From the NCBI GenBank assembly GCA_951406725.2, contig OX597821.1, forward strand, positions 29,698,001 to 29,762,000: a stretch of 64,000 bases of DNA, written 5' to 3'. Below, piece by piece: positions 1-13,996 of this stretch. Position numbers and translations under genes: made by a program. Origin of the DNA: Octopus vulgaris (Eukaryota). A model generated the notes under the pieces. It worked only from the letters and a program-made list of their open reading frames with translations. It was not told the origin of the DNA and ran no database searches. The first letter of the stretch is position 1. Every line of letters begins with the position of its first letter.

Positions 1-689
1 ATTGTTTTGTCACCTTACGATTGCAGTCACGCATAAAATGAGAGCTTCGAAATCCTATTTTCTGACTGGATAAAAATGATCAAACTTCAGACTTACGTAA
101 CTTTAAAAAAGAAAAAAAATTCTGGAACAAGTGAATTAGCCTCCGAGATTCAGCGTGAAAAATTACATCAATACACCAAATTAGAAAATTTTCATTTAAT
201 CTTAGAATTTCAAAATGTGCAGCCAAACAGGAAAAAATCTCCGATGCGTTGTGTTATGCAAGAGATTCTTGTGTCGATATTCGGTGTCTGTGAAAGAAAA
301 TTCACCGAAATGTCAGAACAGACAGACTGACAGATGGGCAAACGGACAGAAAGTAATCGAAAAGAAGGAAAGAAAGAAAAGGGAAAGGAAAGTGAAAGAT
401 GAGGCGTGCAGAAGAAGTAGAAGGTATGTAGATTTCTTGATATATATACGTAAGTAGATATACCAGTTTGGATGGCTACCTGATAGGAAACTAAAGGCAG
501 AATATAAACACACAGGTTCACAAAGTTGTATGTGTACAAGAAATACACATACATATACGAATTTACATATGTATATACATATACAGACATATATAACTAC
601 ACGCTGACTTACATTCACACACACACACATACATATACAAACGTAATACCTACACACACACACATAGCTATATATATATATTTTTATAT

Positions 690-1194
<505 letters not shown>

Positions 1195-1232
1195 TATACA
1201 TATATATATATCTAAACACACACACACACAAA

Positions 1233-1375
<143 letters not shown>

Positions 1376-1713
1376 GCATTGCCAGCGTTTGCAATCAAGA
1401 TTGACTTGATGTCAGCATGTTCCAAGCTTACGCTAATTCTTTCAGGTGCCCGTGTACTCACTATCTTGCCCTTGACTCAGCAAAATTTCGAGGATGTAAT
1501 ATTTGGAGGCGGGTGAGGCCTGCGCTAGCACCCGTCTGGTATTTCGTTCTCTAGACACCAAAAAAGAGGAAAGGCAATGTCACAGAGAGCTGGAACGAAT
1601 ATCGCACTGAATTCTATCCGACTCTCTGACAACATAACTGGCAACCGAATAAAGATAAGCGTACTCTTTCTCACCCCTGTCTCTATTTCTCGCTCTAACT
1701 GTATGTGTGTATG

Positions 1714-1748
<35 letters not shown>

Positions 1749-1807
1749 GCTAATGTATAAAGAGAGAAAGGAAAAGGTGGGAGAAAGACAGGACTAGAAA
1801 ATTCTAT

Positions 1808-1870
<63 letters not shown>

Positions 1871-1935
1871 CATGTTCAGATAGTAAGCCACATAGATATA
1901 TGGCGTGATAGATGAATAAAACGTAATATATATAC

Positions 1936-2031
<96 letters not shown>

Positions 2032-2037
2032 TGTGTA

Positions 2038-2096
<59 letters not shown>

Positions 2097-2188
2097 CTAT
2101 ATATATATGTATATATATATATATACATAGTATATATATATATGTATATATATTTGTATGTATATATATATATATACATATGTATGTA

Positions 2189-2256
<68 letters not shown>

Positions 2257-3279
2257 TGGGAGAGTGAGGTAAAAGAGAAATAGGATGCAGCAGACCACAT
2301 TGTTTCTTTTTACATGAATTTCAAACTGGTTGAGGATAATCAACATATGCAGAGTCTATCCGATTTGGATGATTTACGCGCGACCGCACACATACACTAA
2401 AAACAAACAAACAAGAAACATACACGTACAAGCACACTCTCTCTGACACACACTCAGTCTGTCTCACGCACACACAAACACTCACACTGACCCATGATAA
2501 AACAGAAACATAGATGAAGATATTATTGAAAAACAAACCTCGTTTCTTCGAAAGTAGTGATTAGATATGCAAACACGGACACACAACCTCGTTAAAAATG
2601 AACCTTGTCAACCTCGTTAAAACGGACACGGTTAGCCTTGTTAAAATGGACCCTGTCAGCTAGATACCTGAATTAAAAGGGTGGCATTCAATATTAACTT
2701 TTATCACCATGTTTGGTTACCAGTATCGTTAGCCCGCAAGTTTCTATACTTTGAGTGCATAGCCTTTGCATCTGAGGCACCCGCATTTTATTTCAAGTAC
2801 CATACTATTGCAACCAATTTTGGGGATATATCTCCTCATTTGATTACAAATCTGCTACAAATTGTGGAAGCTTAGCCTTGTCTTCTAGAAAGCATTGTTC
2901 GTATTCACGCCAACTTTTATAAGGACAGAATCGATGTTGTTATAGAATACGGTCTTAGTTCTAAGAATGTGTTACGTAAGCTTTCGGACCAACTGATGTC
3001 TTGCGATTGCCTCATGAACTTTAGTGAGTGTTGCTTGAATTACCATTTTCTTTCACCTTTTATTTTGCTGATAAAGCTTCGTCTCTAGAACCTCAACATT
3101 GACAGTAAGAAGCGTAGGGGTGAGGGAGTTTATACATAGGATCTGTCGTTTTTCTGAAATATAGATGTTAAAACTTGTCTGCTTTGAATAAATGTTTAGT
3201 CTATCAGTTTTACCAGCAGATAGTCTCTATTATTTAGGAGAAGGCTACCAGGTTATTCGCATAGTCAAAATCTTCTTAA

Positions 3280-3565
3280 AAAGGGTCTCAAGCACTGGGC
3301 CGCGGACCAGTACCGAACCATGAATCATTTGGTACCGGGTCGTACAGAAAGAATAAATTTCAAAGTTTTATTTCTCCTCTATTGGCTTTCGCTGTGAACA
3401 AGGTATCTTGCATTATTTAGGTATTATATATGTATTATATAAGTAATAATTAAATTATGTGTTATGCACTTGATTGTGCTTTGTAATGCACGCGATTTTG
3501 CTGTCCCTGGAAAAATGATCTCGCATGAAACCGGTCTGTGATGCAAAATGGGTTGGAGACCGTTG
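3280..3565. mobile_element. hAT (Charlie/MER1-like) MITE, diverged
   Basis: Ends gggtctc...gggccgcggaccagtaccg and ggaaaaatgatctcgcatgaaaccggtc...gcaaaatgggttggagaccgttg resemble Charlie-type termini. Confidence 0.65.
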
Positions 3566-4008
3566 TTATAAAAGATAGAAATGCGTCCACTGGATGCTCC
3601 TGTGCTTATCTGATAGCATCTTATACATAATTCGCTCGGTGATAACTGGGAAGGGGATTTGTGAAAGGATGCAATTTTGTCGTACATCTTATTCCACTGA
3701 AACCCCATCCAGAGCTTGTGTTGTAGTCAATGGTCTCACTGTAGTCGCAATAGCCATAAATCAGTTATACACTTCTAAGTTATTAATATGGCATAATGAC
3801 CAGAGTGACAGAGATTCCTTATTTTTCTAGCTACTTTGGCTGATTTTGAAAACTCATTGGTGAATGCACTTGGACTATTATTATTATTGCAAGATGTGAA
3901 GGTTTAACATATATATATAGGGAGATTTTACGAAAAAAACAAAAGATGAAGACAGGTGGTGTACAAAACAAACAGATGTATTAGTATAACGCTCGGGAAT
4001 AGAAAAAG

Positions 4009-4046
4009 TCTTTTACGTTTCGAGACTACGCTCTTCTACAGAAAGG
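4009..4046 (-). ncRNA. Hammerhead-like motif, CUGUAGA core (same family as 35161)
   Basis: Minus strand reads cttt-CTGTAGA-a-gagc gtag tctc-GAAA-cg-TA-aaag, within a ~170-bp dispersed repeat (3920-4085). Confidence 0.55.
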
Positions 4047-4130
4047 GACACAGAAACAAGGAGAGAAACACGGAGAGAAAAAATGTGTATATATATATAT
4101 ATATATATGAATATATATAATGTGTATAAA

Positions 4131-4225
<95 letters not shown>

Positions 4226-4581
4226 GAATGGTTTTTCTCACGTTTCATTCTTTCAATTTGTTAAAAGCGAGATGATGTCCTAAACTTTCTGCTGACGAGG
4301 AGAAAGCGCTACTAATTTTGGACAATACATGCGCTCACTCGCTTGCCAGTAATGAAGGTAAAATAAGATGTATTCTCATGCCACCTAATGCTACATCTAT
4401 GGCGCAACGAATGCTTTGAGACATAATTGTAGCCAGCAAGAGATTATATCTATGTATGGCTACATTTCCAGTATCCTATATGCATGCAATATTGATCCCT
4501 ACCATTGGTTAAGTCGGACGGTCCTTCACACTACTAGGATGTTTTAACGAGGAGGTGCATAACACATAATTTAATTATAAC

Positions 4582-4612
<31 letters not shown>

Positions 4613-5654
4613 TGTATGTATGTATGTATGTATATAAACGTGCATGCCTACTTACATACTTGTTCCTTCCAGGTAATTTTGATAGTAATAATATTGCCGG
4701 CGAACAAGCAGCTGGAAAGAAAGAATTTAGGTTATGTACAGTACAACCCTTGATAGCAGAACTGTTATCAGAGATGTTGCCACATAGGAGGAACTTGCTT
4801 ACGGTCTGGTTGGATTATAAGAAAGCATTTGATTCTGCTCCTCATTCGTGAATGTTAAAATCCCTTCGACTTACTAAATTTCCATGTATCGTTATCAAAG
4901 TCATAGACAACCTGACTTCATCCTTGTTCACCATTTTGAAGTAAAATACAGGAAGTGATTTTATTGTTATTGCAGAATATATTTCAAAGAAAAATCCTTC
5001 TATGATACTGTTTATACTCTCAGTAAGCCCTCTGACATTTCTGTAAAAGAAACCTGAAAGATAAGCAGTTAGCTCTCACGAAGAACGAAACACCAACCGA
5101 AGACATCACTTCTTGGTGGCCGATCTGAAAATATATGCCAAGGATATATACTGAATGAAGGTATAATATTGGGATGGAGTTTGGCCAGGATAAATATTTT
5201 TATATGATTGTAAAACAAGCAAGATTTACATTGTTATCTACTAACATTACTATCAATGATGAAGAATGCTACAGATATTTAGGAATATATGAAAATATTT
5301 TCTACGAGATAACTTGTGGTAAGGAGCATCAAACCAAATGATATGACACAAAGATAAAGAAAATATCGCCCTCAGAATTTTTCACATGCAGTAAATCAAC
5401 AGCATACGATATATTTCCCGTACTTGTGTTCATACGAACACTTGAACATTTCGAGTGGACGCTAGATGAGGCCCGGTCTATTGATGATAAAACCCTCAAA
5501 TTGTTAGCTCCTACTCGACATTTCCACATCAACAACGTTGTATTTAGATCGCCTATACATACAACAAAACTATTTGCAAAGCTTAACATAGATCCAAACA
5601 ACCTTTGAATATTGCTTTATATCCTTTCGACAACATTTACTAACTATCAAATAT

Positions 5655-5866
5655 TGGTTCCAAATTTTAGCACATAGCCAGCAAGTTCGGAGAAAGAAAT
5701 GGGTCGGTTATATCGACCGTGCTGAACTGATACTTATTTTATCGACCCCGAAAGGATGAAAAGCAAAGTTGACCTCGGCGGAATATGAACTCAGAACGTA
5801 AGGATGGACAAAATGCCGCTAAGCATTTTGGTCGTTGTGCTAACGATTCTGCTAGCTCGTCGCCTT
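5655..5866 (-). mobile_element. SINE family B
   Basis: atcgaccccgaaaggatgaaaagcaaagttgacctcggcggaat...gctagctcgtcgcc. Confidence 0.8.
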
Positions 5867-6224
5867 CTAACTGATAACTATTGAAGTCATGCAAATGGAT
5901 CAAGTTTGCTAGCATGAAGCCGATAACATTACGAGAATTGGAAAAGAGCCTCTCAGAAAGTATTCCCTGACTGATTCTACACTAAACTTAGTTGCACATT
6001 TCTACTGCTACAACTTATCAGAAGTAAAGCAGCATAAATAATAGCAAATATGAAGCATATCTATATTCCCAGAAGGCTCCAAAATGACTGCAACAATGAC
6101 AAACGGGATAGTCTGTTCGGAACTAACGACTAGGATATTGGCAAAATACCTGATGCACAAGACGAAGACAGGTGTATAAACAACAAGCAGGTATATTAGT
6201 TTGACACTCGGGAAAATGAGTAAG

Positions 6225-6265
6225 TCTTTCACGTTTCGAGCCTACACTCTTCAACAGACAGAAAG
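6225..6265 (-). ncRNA. Hammerhead-like motif, CUGUUGA core, degenerate
   Basis: Minus strand reads CTGTTGA-a-gagt gtag gctc-GAAA-cg-TG-aaaga. The repeat spans ~6160-6290. Confidence 0.45.
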
Positions 6266-6405
6266 GAACACGAGGAAATAAACAGAGATTCAGGTAAATC
6301 ACATAGATGCGACAACCGACGCAGGCTCTGTGAAATTAATACTGAGAATGTCACACCGTAAGTAGCATCCCGAAAATATCCTCATGATATTGCTTCAATA
6401 AGACA

Positions 6406-6712
6406 TTCTTTGTTGTTTGTTCCTTCTCGAGCCATACCTGGCTCATAAGGGCCGGTTTCCCGGTTTCTTGGCGTTCCCCACCTGGACGGGACTCCGGTCC
6501 GTCGCAGGTGAGCTGCAAGATGCAGGGGGAAAGAGTGAGAGAAAGTTGTGGCGAAAGAATCAGCAGAAGTTTCGCCATTACCTTCTGCCGGAGCTGCGTG
6601 GAGCTTAGGTGTTTCGCTCATAAACACACACACGTCACCTGGTCTGAGATTCGAACCCGCGATCCCTCGACCGCGAGTCCGCTACTCTAACCACTAGGCC
6701 ATGTGCCTCCAC
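6406..6712 (-). mobile_element. SINE family C variant with 26-bp target-site duplication
   Basis: Same head type. TSD cctcatgatattgcttcaat(a/t)agaca at 6380-6405 and 6713-6738. Confidence 0.88.
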
Positions 6713-7454
6713 CCTCATGATATTGCTTCAATTAGACACTGTGTCATGACTAGAACGTTATTTGACGAAATCCATAGAAAGGATAATTCTAACGAGAGAA
6801 ATATAAACAACTACATTCATATGAATCGCACATCCAGACACAAATTGAAAAGCATACAGGTTTAATGACACCTTCGAAACTTCAGTAAAATGCAAGCACA
6901 ATCGTCCAATCATAATGATGTGGGACGAAGAAATGAAATTGTACACTATAGCTGAAATTACTTGCCCGCTGGTATCAGCGTATTGTGAAAGATTAGTGAA
7001 AAGAAAACATCTATAGCAAACTGATTAGAAACCTGTAGTTGCTGCATCCAGACTATAGCATTAGGTTTCTCCCAACAATTACTGGTGTATTTGGTTACGT
7101 AGCCAATTGTTTCAGTATCAATCTTGAGAAGACAGGAGTTACAAAACCAGAAAAAAAAACACGTCTAATCGGAAGATTAGAGCAACAAGTTGCCAAGGAT
7201 ATTGTTTAAATATGTAGAACGTGAACTTTAGCATGTTATAAGATACATGTATGTAATACCGTTCATGCCTGAGACCTATGTATGGATGTACTTATACATG
7301 TATACATATACATATATATGCTTACTTATATTTGAACATGTATATATATGCATATATAGTATTTAATCATATCAAAGGGAAATGGAAATTAATTAAAATT
7401 TACACTTCCAATGGTCCAACGTGCAAAAAAATCTAGTCAAAAAGACCATACATC

Positions 7455-7751
7455 AGTCATACGATATAGTGTATATTTAAACACATAAGGAATTCACTTA
7501 TAGGGATTCTACATGCTAGAAACAACAGCTAGATTCTATAACCACAAAAATTAGGGATAAAATTTGACAGGAATAAATTTAGAAATGAGAAACAGGAAAC
7601 TGGATAGTAAATGTTTTTCATTTCAAAATTTATTCCTGTCAAATTTTATCCCTAATTTTTGTGGTTATAGAACCTAGCTGTTGTTTCTAGCATGTAGAAC
7701 CCCTATAAGTGGATTCCTTATGTGTTTAAATATACACTATATCGTATGACT
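7455..7751. repeat. Fold-back inverted repeat (~140-bp arms, 17-nt spacer)
   Basis: agtcatacgatatagtgtatatttaaacac...gagaaaca / tgtttttca...gtgtttaaatatacactatatcgtatgact, with few mismatches. Confidence 0.92.
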
Positions 7752-8486
7752 AATATATAAGTATGTTCATACGTGCTTACATATGTACGTACGCAAGTAA
7801 GGACAGATGACAGTACAAGGATGTATGCATGTATGTATGTATGTATGTATGTATGTATGTATGTATGTATGTATGTATGTATGTATGTATGTATGTATGT
7901 ATGTATGTATGCATGTACGTATGTATGTATGCATGCATGTATGTATGTATGTATGCATGAATGTATGTATGTATGTATGTATGTATGTATCTATGTATAT
8001 ATGTATATATGCATGTATGAATGCATGCATGTATATGTGTGAATGTATGTATATAGGTAAATGTGTTAATATATGCCCGTATGTACGTACGCATGCATGT
8101 ATATATGTTTGTATGTGCTTGCGTGTATGCATGTATGTATGTATGTATGTATGTATCTATGTATATATGTATATATGCATGTATGTATGCATGCATTGCA
8201 TGTATATGTGTGAATGTATGTATATATGTAAATGTGTTAATATATGCACGTATGTACGTACGCATGCATGTATATATGTTTGTATGTGCTTGCGTGTATG
8301 TTTGTATGTATGTATGTATGTATGTATGCATGTATATGTGTATGTATTGATGTACGTCTGTATGTATGCATGTGTGAATATGCGCAAGCGTATTATGTGG
8401 TTATGGTCTGAAGGATTACGACTATAATTTATGTAACTCTGAGAGCAGAAACTAAGTGAATCACCAACTGTTTTCCCCTTACACAC

Positions 8487-8556
<70 letters not shown>

Positions 8557-8743
8557 TTACACCAACACAAACAAAGCACACGACAGCTCGCAAAACATGA
8601 TAGAACAGAAAGCGCAACAGCTGTGAAATGTAAAATGCAAACTGCACGAATACAAACAATAGCTTGACAGATTGCAATAATTCTTTTAAGCTCAGAGTAA
8701 AAAAGCATTGTTTCATTGTTTAACTTACTGAACAGTGGGAATT

Positions 8744-8837
<94 letters not shown>

Positions 8838-8968
8838 GTATGTATAAACTGCTCACTTATATACACGAGTTTTCATACGTAAACTCCTATGTAAGCACTC
8901 GCACGAACATCTGTGCATGTATGTGTCAGGTCTGAGTTATATGTAGGTAGGTAGGTAGGTAGGTAGGA

Positions 8969-9385
8969 AGGCGGCGAGCTGGCAGAAACGTTAGCACACC
9001 GGGCGAAAAGCTTAGCGGTATTTCGTCTGCCGCTACGTTCTGAGTTCAAATTCCGCCGAGGTCGACTTTGCCTTTCATCCTTTCGGGGTCGATAAATTAA
9101 GTACCAGTTACGCACTAGGGTCGATGTAATCGACTTAATCCGTATGTCTGTCCTTGTTTGTCCTCTCTGTGTTTAGCCCCTTGTGGGTAGTAAAGAAATA
9201 GGTATTTCCCCTGTCTTTGTGTTCTGAGTTGAAATTCCGCCGAGGACGACTTTGCCTTTCATCTTTTCGGGATCGATAAATTAAGTACCAGTTACGCACT
9301 GGGGTCGATATTATCGACTTAATCCGTGTGTCTGTCCTTGTTTGTCCTCCCTGTGTTTAGCTCCTTGTGGGTAGTAAAGAAATAG
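8969..9385 (+). mobile_element. Nin/Deu-domain SINE family B, dimeric
   Basis: Head ggcggcgagctggcagaaacgttagc, box B gagttcaaattcc, Nin-like core gcctttcatcctttcggggtcgataaattaagtacc, and a second ~184-bp unit. Confidence 0.88.
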
Positions 9386-9734
9386 GTAGGTAGGAAGGTA
9401 AGTAAGTAGATAGGTAGGTACATGCGTAAAGATACGCATGTGTGTACGTGAGTACGTAAATATATACGTGTGTGTACGCCTCGTCCGCCCCGAGTTCACA
9501 TCTCGCAGAGGAATGTTAACATCATCTTTACTATCACCAGTCTACAGCCGGAGTCTATTTTCTCTCTCTCTTCTTCTGTGGAAGAAATCGAGCGTGTTAT
9601 AATGACCTAAAGAGGGATGAGCCTTGCCAGGTGTAAAATACTCACGAAACATCGTGAGTCGTAACAGCGTTTCTGCGACTCCATCATGTGCTAAGCATGT
9701 ACATAGGTACACTTGCGTATATTTCTATCTATCT

Positions 9735-10218
9735 ATGTATGTATGTATGTATGTATGTATGTATGTATGTATGTATGTATGTATGTATGTATGTATGTAT
9801 GTATGTATGTATGTATGTATGTATGTATGTATGTATGTATGTATGTATGTATGTATGTATGTATGTATGTATGTATGTATGTATGTATGTATGTATGTAT
9901 GTATGTATGTATGTATGTATGTATGTATGTATGTATGTATGTATGTATGTATGTATGTATGTATGTATGTATGTATGTATGTATGTATGTATGTATGTAT
10001 GTATGTATGTATGTATGTATGTATGTATGTATGTATGTATGTATGTATGTATGTATGTATGTATGTATGTATGTATGTATGTATGTATGTATGTATGTAT
10101 GTATGTATGTATGTATGTATGTATGTATGTATGTATGTATGTATGTATGTATGTATGTATGTATGTATGTATGTATGTATGTATGTATGTATGTATGTAT
10201 GTATGTATGTATGTATGT
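9735..10218. repeat. Pure (ATGT)n microsatellite, ~480 bp
   Basis: Uninterrupted tetranucleotide run. Confidence 0.98.
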
Positions 10219-10543
10219 ACTCAAGAGTCATCTTTGTAGTCATAAAGCGGGACAGATGAGTGACAACCTGGCCACTGGTGGTGGTGTAACATACCATACT
10301 AATCATATCAGTCGGGCATGTGGAAGAGAGTGTAATTCGGCAGGAGGAGTTAAACGACATGCGAAGGTACATGAAGCCTAGTTACAACTACAGCCGGCTA
10401 TTACCGGTAAAGGTTTTAGTTGCCAATTCTGTACAAGACATTGTAGATCTTTAGCTGGGCTAAAAAGTCACATTCGATTAGAGCACAAGTAATAGATAAG
10501 CTTCGTGCAATGGCCATACTCGATTACGAGGGGGCAGCCATAA
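10219..10543 (+). mobile_element. 3' fragment of an RTE-type LINE (C-terminal C2H2-like fingers and short 3' UTR)
   Basis: LKSHLCSH...ACGRECNSAGGVKRHAKVH...FSCQFCTRHCRSLAGLKSHIRLEHK*, then atggccatactcgattacgagggggcagccat, flanked by (ATGT)n. Confidence 0.65.
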
Positions 10544-10930
10544 TGTATGTATGTATGTATGTATGTATGTATGTATGTATGTATGTATGTATGTATGTAT
10601 GTATGTATTTATGTATGTATGTATTTATGTATGTATGTATGTATGTATGTATTTATGTATGTATGTATGTATGTATGTATGTATATATGTACGTATGTAT
10701 GTAGGTATGGATGAATGGATGGATGGATGGCTGGAGTAATACATGCATGAAAGCATGCAGCCATATTAGTAGGTATGCATAGTTGTGTTCATAACTGTAA
10801 GCAAAATGTTATTGTGTGTGTATCAGTATACATACATACATGCATACATACATACATACATACATACATACATACATACATACATACATACATACATACA
10901 TACATACATACATACATACAAACATAGATA

Positions 10931-11113
10931 CATCGAGAGTTACACAAATACTAGAACTGGGCGCCACTGCATAGTGCCAAGGACTCCAAATTTGCCATCA
11001 AGATGTAGGACAAGATACCGTGATAGCCTGGGCTTCAGAGTTCCACAGCTCTTCAATATCCTCCCGACGGACCTGGGAAACCTGCATGGGGTGGATGCAG
11101 ATGTCTTTAAAAT
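10931..11113 (+). mobile_element. Internal fragment of the same LINE family as 13435-13925
   Basis: Highly similar to 13540-13722 (atcgagagttacacaaat...atgtctttaaaata). Confidence 0.85.
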
Positions 11114-11166
11114 ACATACATACATACATACACATATACACATACATACACATATACATATACATA

Positions 11167-11479
11167 CCGTATTTGATGGCCTATAAGACGGGCCTGATTT
11201 TTTCACGAAAATGGCTTTAAAATCTCACCTGCGCCTAATACCCTCAATATAAGCTCAAGACTCGCGACGTGTGCTGCCATCTGTTGATGAACAATCACCT
11301 ACGGTAAGTTTATATCGAATGGGAATGAAATAAATTGCTTATAATTACTGGTAATAATATAAAGTTACACAGGTAAGTGGTGGAATTGAAACGTTATTTT
11401 AGCGGTAATATATTTTAAAAGAATTATTGACTAGGGTGCGTTCTATGCACTCGTGCGTCTTATAGGCCATCAAATACGG
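11167..11479. mobile_element. Tc1/mariner-superfamily MITE
   Basis: Perfect TIR ccgtatttgatggcctataagacg / cgtcttataggccatcaaatacgg, with TA on both sides. Confidence 0.9.
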
Positions 11480-11845
11480 TATATATGTATGTATGTATAT
11501 ACATATATGTACGTACGTATGTATGTATGTATGTATGTATGTATGTATGTATGTATGTATGTATGTATGTATGTATGTATGTATGTATGTATGTATGTAC
11601 ATATATGTACGTACGTATGTATGTATGTATGTATGTATGCATGAATGAATGTATGTATATACATATATATATGTATGTATGAATGTATGTATGTGTGTGT
11701 GTATGTATGTATGTATGTATGCATGCATGCATGTATGTATGTGTGTGTGTATGTATGTATGTATGAATGTATGTATCTATATTCTAAACAAAACTGTCCG
11801 GTATTCGTGTACTATTTTCCCACCTTGTTTCGCATTTATGTCCTA

Positions 11846-11931
<86 letters not shown>

Positions 11932-12134
11932 TGTGTGTGTATGTATATATATGTATATATATATATTACCTTCGAAACACGCATTGAGTCGAAACAGGGG
12001 CAGCTGATGAAGGGGAATATTCCTTGTATTTGTCTTGTACTCTGTTTTTTCGTTGTTAAAAAAAGTCCATTACCTTGTTTGATTTTATGTTTTCGTTTCT
12101 CGTTGTGTTCTACGTTTATTTGTGGTGTCCTGTA

Positions 12135-12187
<53 letters not shown>

Positions 12188-12476
12188 GCTTTCATATATG
12201 AATTGATGGTTGTTTCTATGTTCAGTTATAATAGTAAATTTTTACATTAAACTGAAGTATTCTTCAATTTTTTTTAGCAGAATACCAAAACACACCATCA
12301 ATCCAATTGTGGATTAGCTGGCCGAAAATTCAAAGTCACTGTCAATAGTTTTCTTATTAAATAATAATAATAATAATGATTATAATAATAATAATAATAC
12401 ACACAAGTATAAGACGAAGACAGGTGTATAAACAACAAGGAGGTATATTAGTTTGACTCTCGGTAAAATGAGAAAG

Positions 12477-12514
12477 TCTTTCACGTTTCGAGCCTACGCT
12501 CTTCAACAGAAAGA
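12477..12514 (-). ncRNA. Hammerhead-like motif, CUGUUGA core
   Basis: Minus strand reads tcttt-CTGTTGA-a-gagc gtag gctc-GAAA-cg-TG-aaaga. The repeat spans ~12400-12545. Confidence 0.5.
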
Positions 12515-12611
12515 AACATGAGGAAATAAGCAGAGAGAAAAAAAGAAAAAACTTTTGGAGTTAGCGGTCAATATGCATACATAGATTATATATATACATA
12601 CACACACACAC

Positions 12612-12675
<64 letters not shown>

Positions 12676-12829
12676 CGTGGGCACACAGACACACACGTGG
12701 ATTTGATATGTGGAAACTGAATGAAATCCGTCGTGTATGTGCGTATGTGCATGGGTGAGTGCTTGTGTGTGTATGTATATATATATATAAACCTTCACAA
12801 ATAAATAACGTGAAATACACGAAGGGACG

Positions 12830-12860
<31 letters not shown>

Positions 12861-13345
12861 GTATATATATATATACATATACATGCACATACGAACATAT
12901 ACCACGTGCTTCATTTCGTTTCCACATATAAAATCCACTCACAAGGCATTTCTCGGCCCAGATCTATAGCGGAGGACACATGTTCAAGGTGCTGCGCTGT
13001 GTGGGAACCCAAGACATCAACGTAGGGAAGCAATCCTCTTAACGACACAGCGACGCTTTGTATATTTTTCGACGAAGGCAAAAACCACTGAGGAATAAAT
13101 TCACATTGGTGTGTACAGACATTTCTGATGGGATCTTTGGAACATGTGTACGTGGGAGTCAGTGCCTGTACGTGAATGTGAACTTGAGTGGTTTATGAAT
13201 TAGCTGCTATAAATACGTACATGTGGGTATGAGATAAATATGTTAATAAATAATGTACCACAATATCATGAATGGTAGTTATATATACATATATACACGC
13301 AAAAAATATAGAGCCAGCCACTATATATACATATACGTACTTATA

Positions 13346-13382
<37 letters not shown>

Positions 13383-13434
13383 CTATACGAAGCTACACGA
13401 AGAAGATAGCCTCTGTGCAGCATATAAGCTATTG

Positions 13435-13925
13435 GGAATGACTCAAGAGATTAAGACTCTATTCCTTAGAACGTAGGTGAGAAAGATATGCCATAATATA
13501 CATCTGGAAGATCCTGGAAGGACTTGTCCCAAACTTTGGCATCGAGAGTTACACAAATAATAGAACTGGGCGGCACTGCATAGTGCCAAGGACTCCAAAT
13601 TTGCCATCAAGATGTAGGGCAAGATACTGTGATAGCCTGGGCTTCGGAGGTCCACAGCTCTTCAATATCCTCCCGAGGGACCTGAGAGACCTGCATGGGG
13701 TGGACGCTTATGTCTTTAAAATAAAACTGGATCTCTTCATGTCAGGTGTCCCAGATGAACCAACTTCACGGCAGGAGGTGCAGATGAGGGCAGCTGCATT
13801 AAACTCTCTCATGCACCAATCGGCAATTGCTAAAAAGCATTCGTGAAGTAAAATCATGTAGCAACACCGAATGGCGGTGCCCCAGCATAGCCACAGCTCG
13901 TGAGCTGAAACTAGATAAGAATTAA
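13435..13925 (+). mobile_element. 3' end of a CR1/L2-group LINE
   Basis: LYSLERR*ERYAIIYIWKILEGLVPNF...SLGFGGPQLFNILP...FKIKLDLFMSGVPDEP, then tail ggcggtgccccagcatagccacagctcgtgagctgaaac. Confidence 0.85.
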
Positions 13926-13945
13926 AATATATATATATATGTATA

Positions 13946-13996
<51 letters not shown>

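Larger units (their letters stand above)
4690..7220 (+). pseudogene. Decayed R4/Dong-like (restriction-like endonuclease) non-LTR retrotransposon with nested SINEs
   Basis: RT motif NLLTVWLDYKKAFDSAPHS and FLVADLKIYA (YMDDLKLYA-like), CYRYLG, and a C-terminal RLE-like segment MMWDEEMKLYTIAEITCP...IRFLPTITGVFG, with many stops. Confidence 0.7.

Noticed and set aside
1446-1512. Possible small exon (ttctttcag...gg/gtgagg) reading ARVLTILPLTQQNFEDVIFGG
   Set aside because: Splice-like signals alone are common; no recognisable domain or partner exons.
2585-2660. Three ~24-bp repeats (aacctcgttaaaa...) resembling a repeat-spacer array
   Set aside because: A short degenerate minisatellite with no unique spacers and no cas genes, in eukaryotic context.
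2860-3850. Possible very old PLE thumb/GIY-YIG remnant on the minus strand
   Set aside because: Only vague motif echoes; cannot be supported by eye.
4291-4312. CTGACGA-gga-GAAA-gcgc-TA hammerhead-like string
   Set aside because: There is no room for stem II and no stem I pairing.
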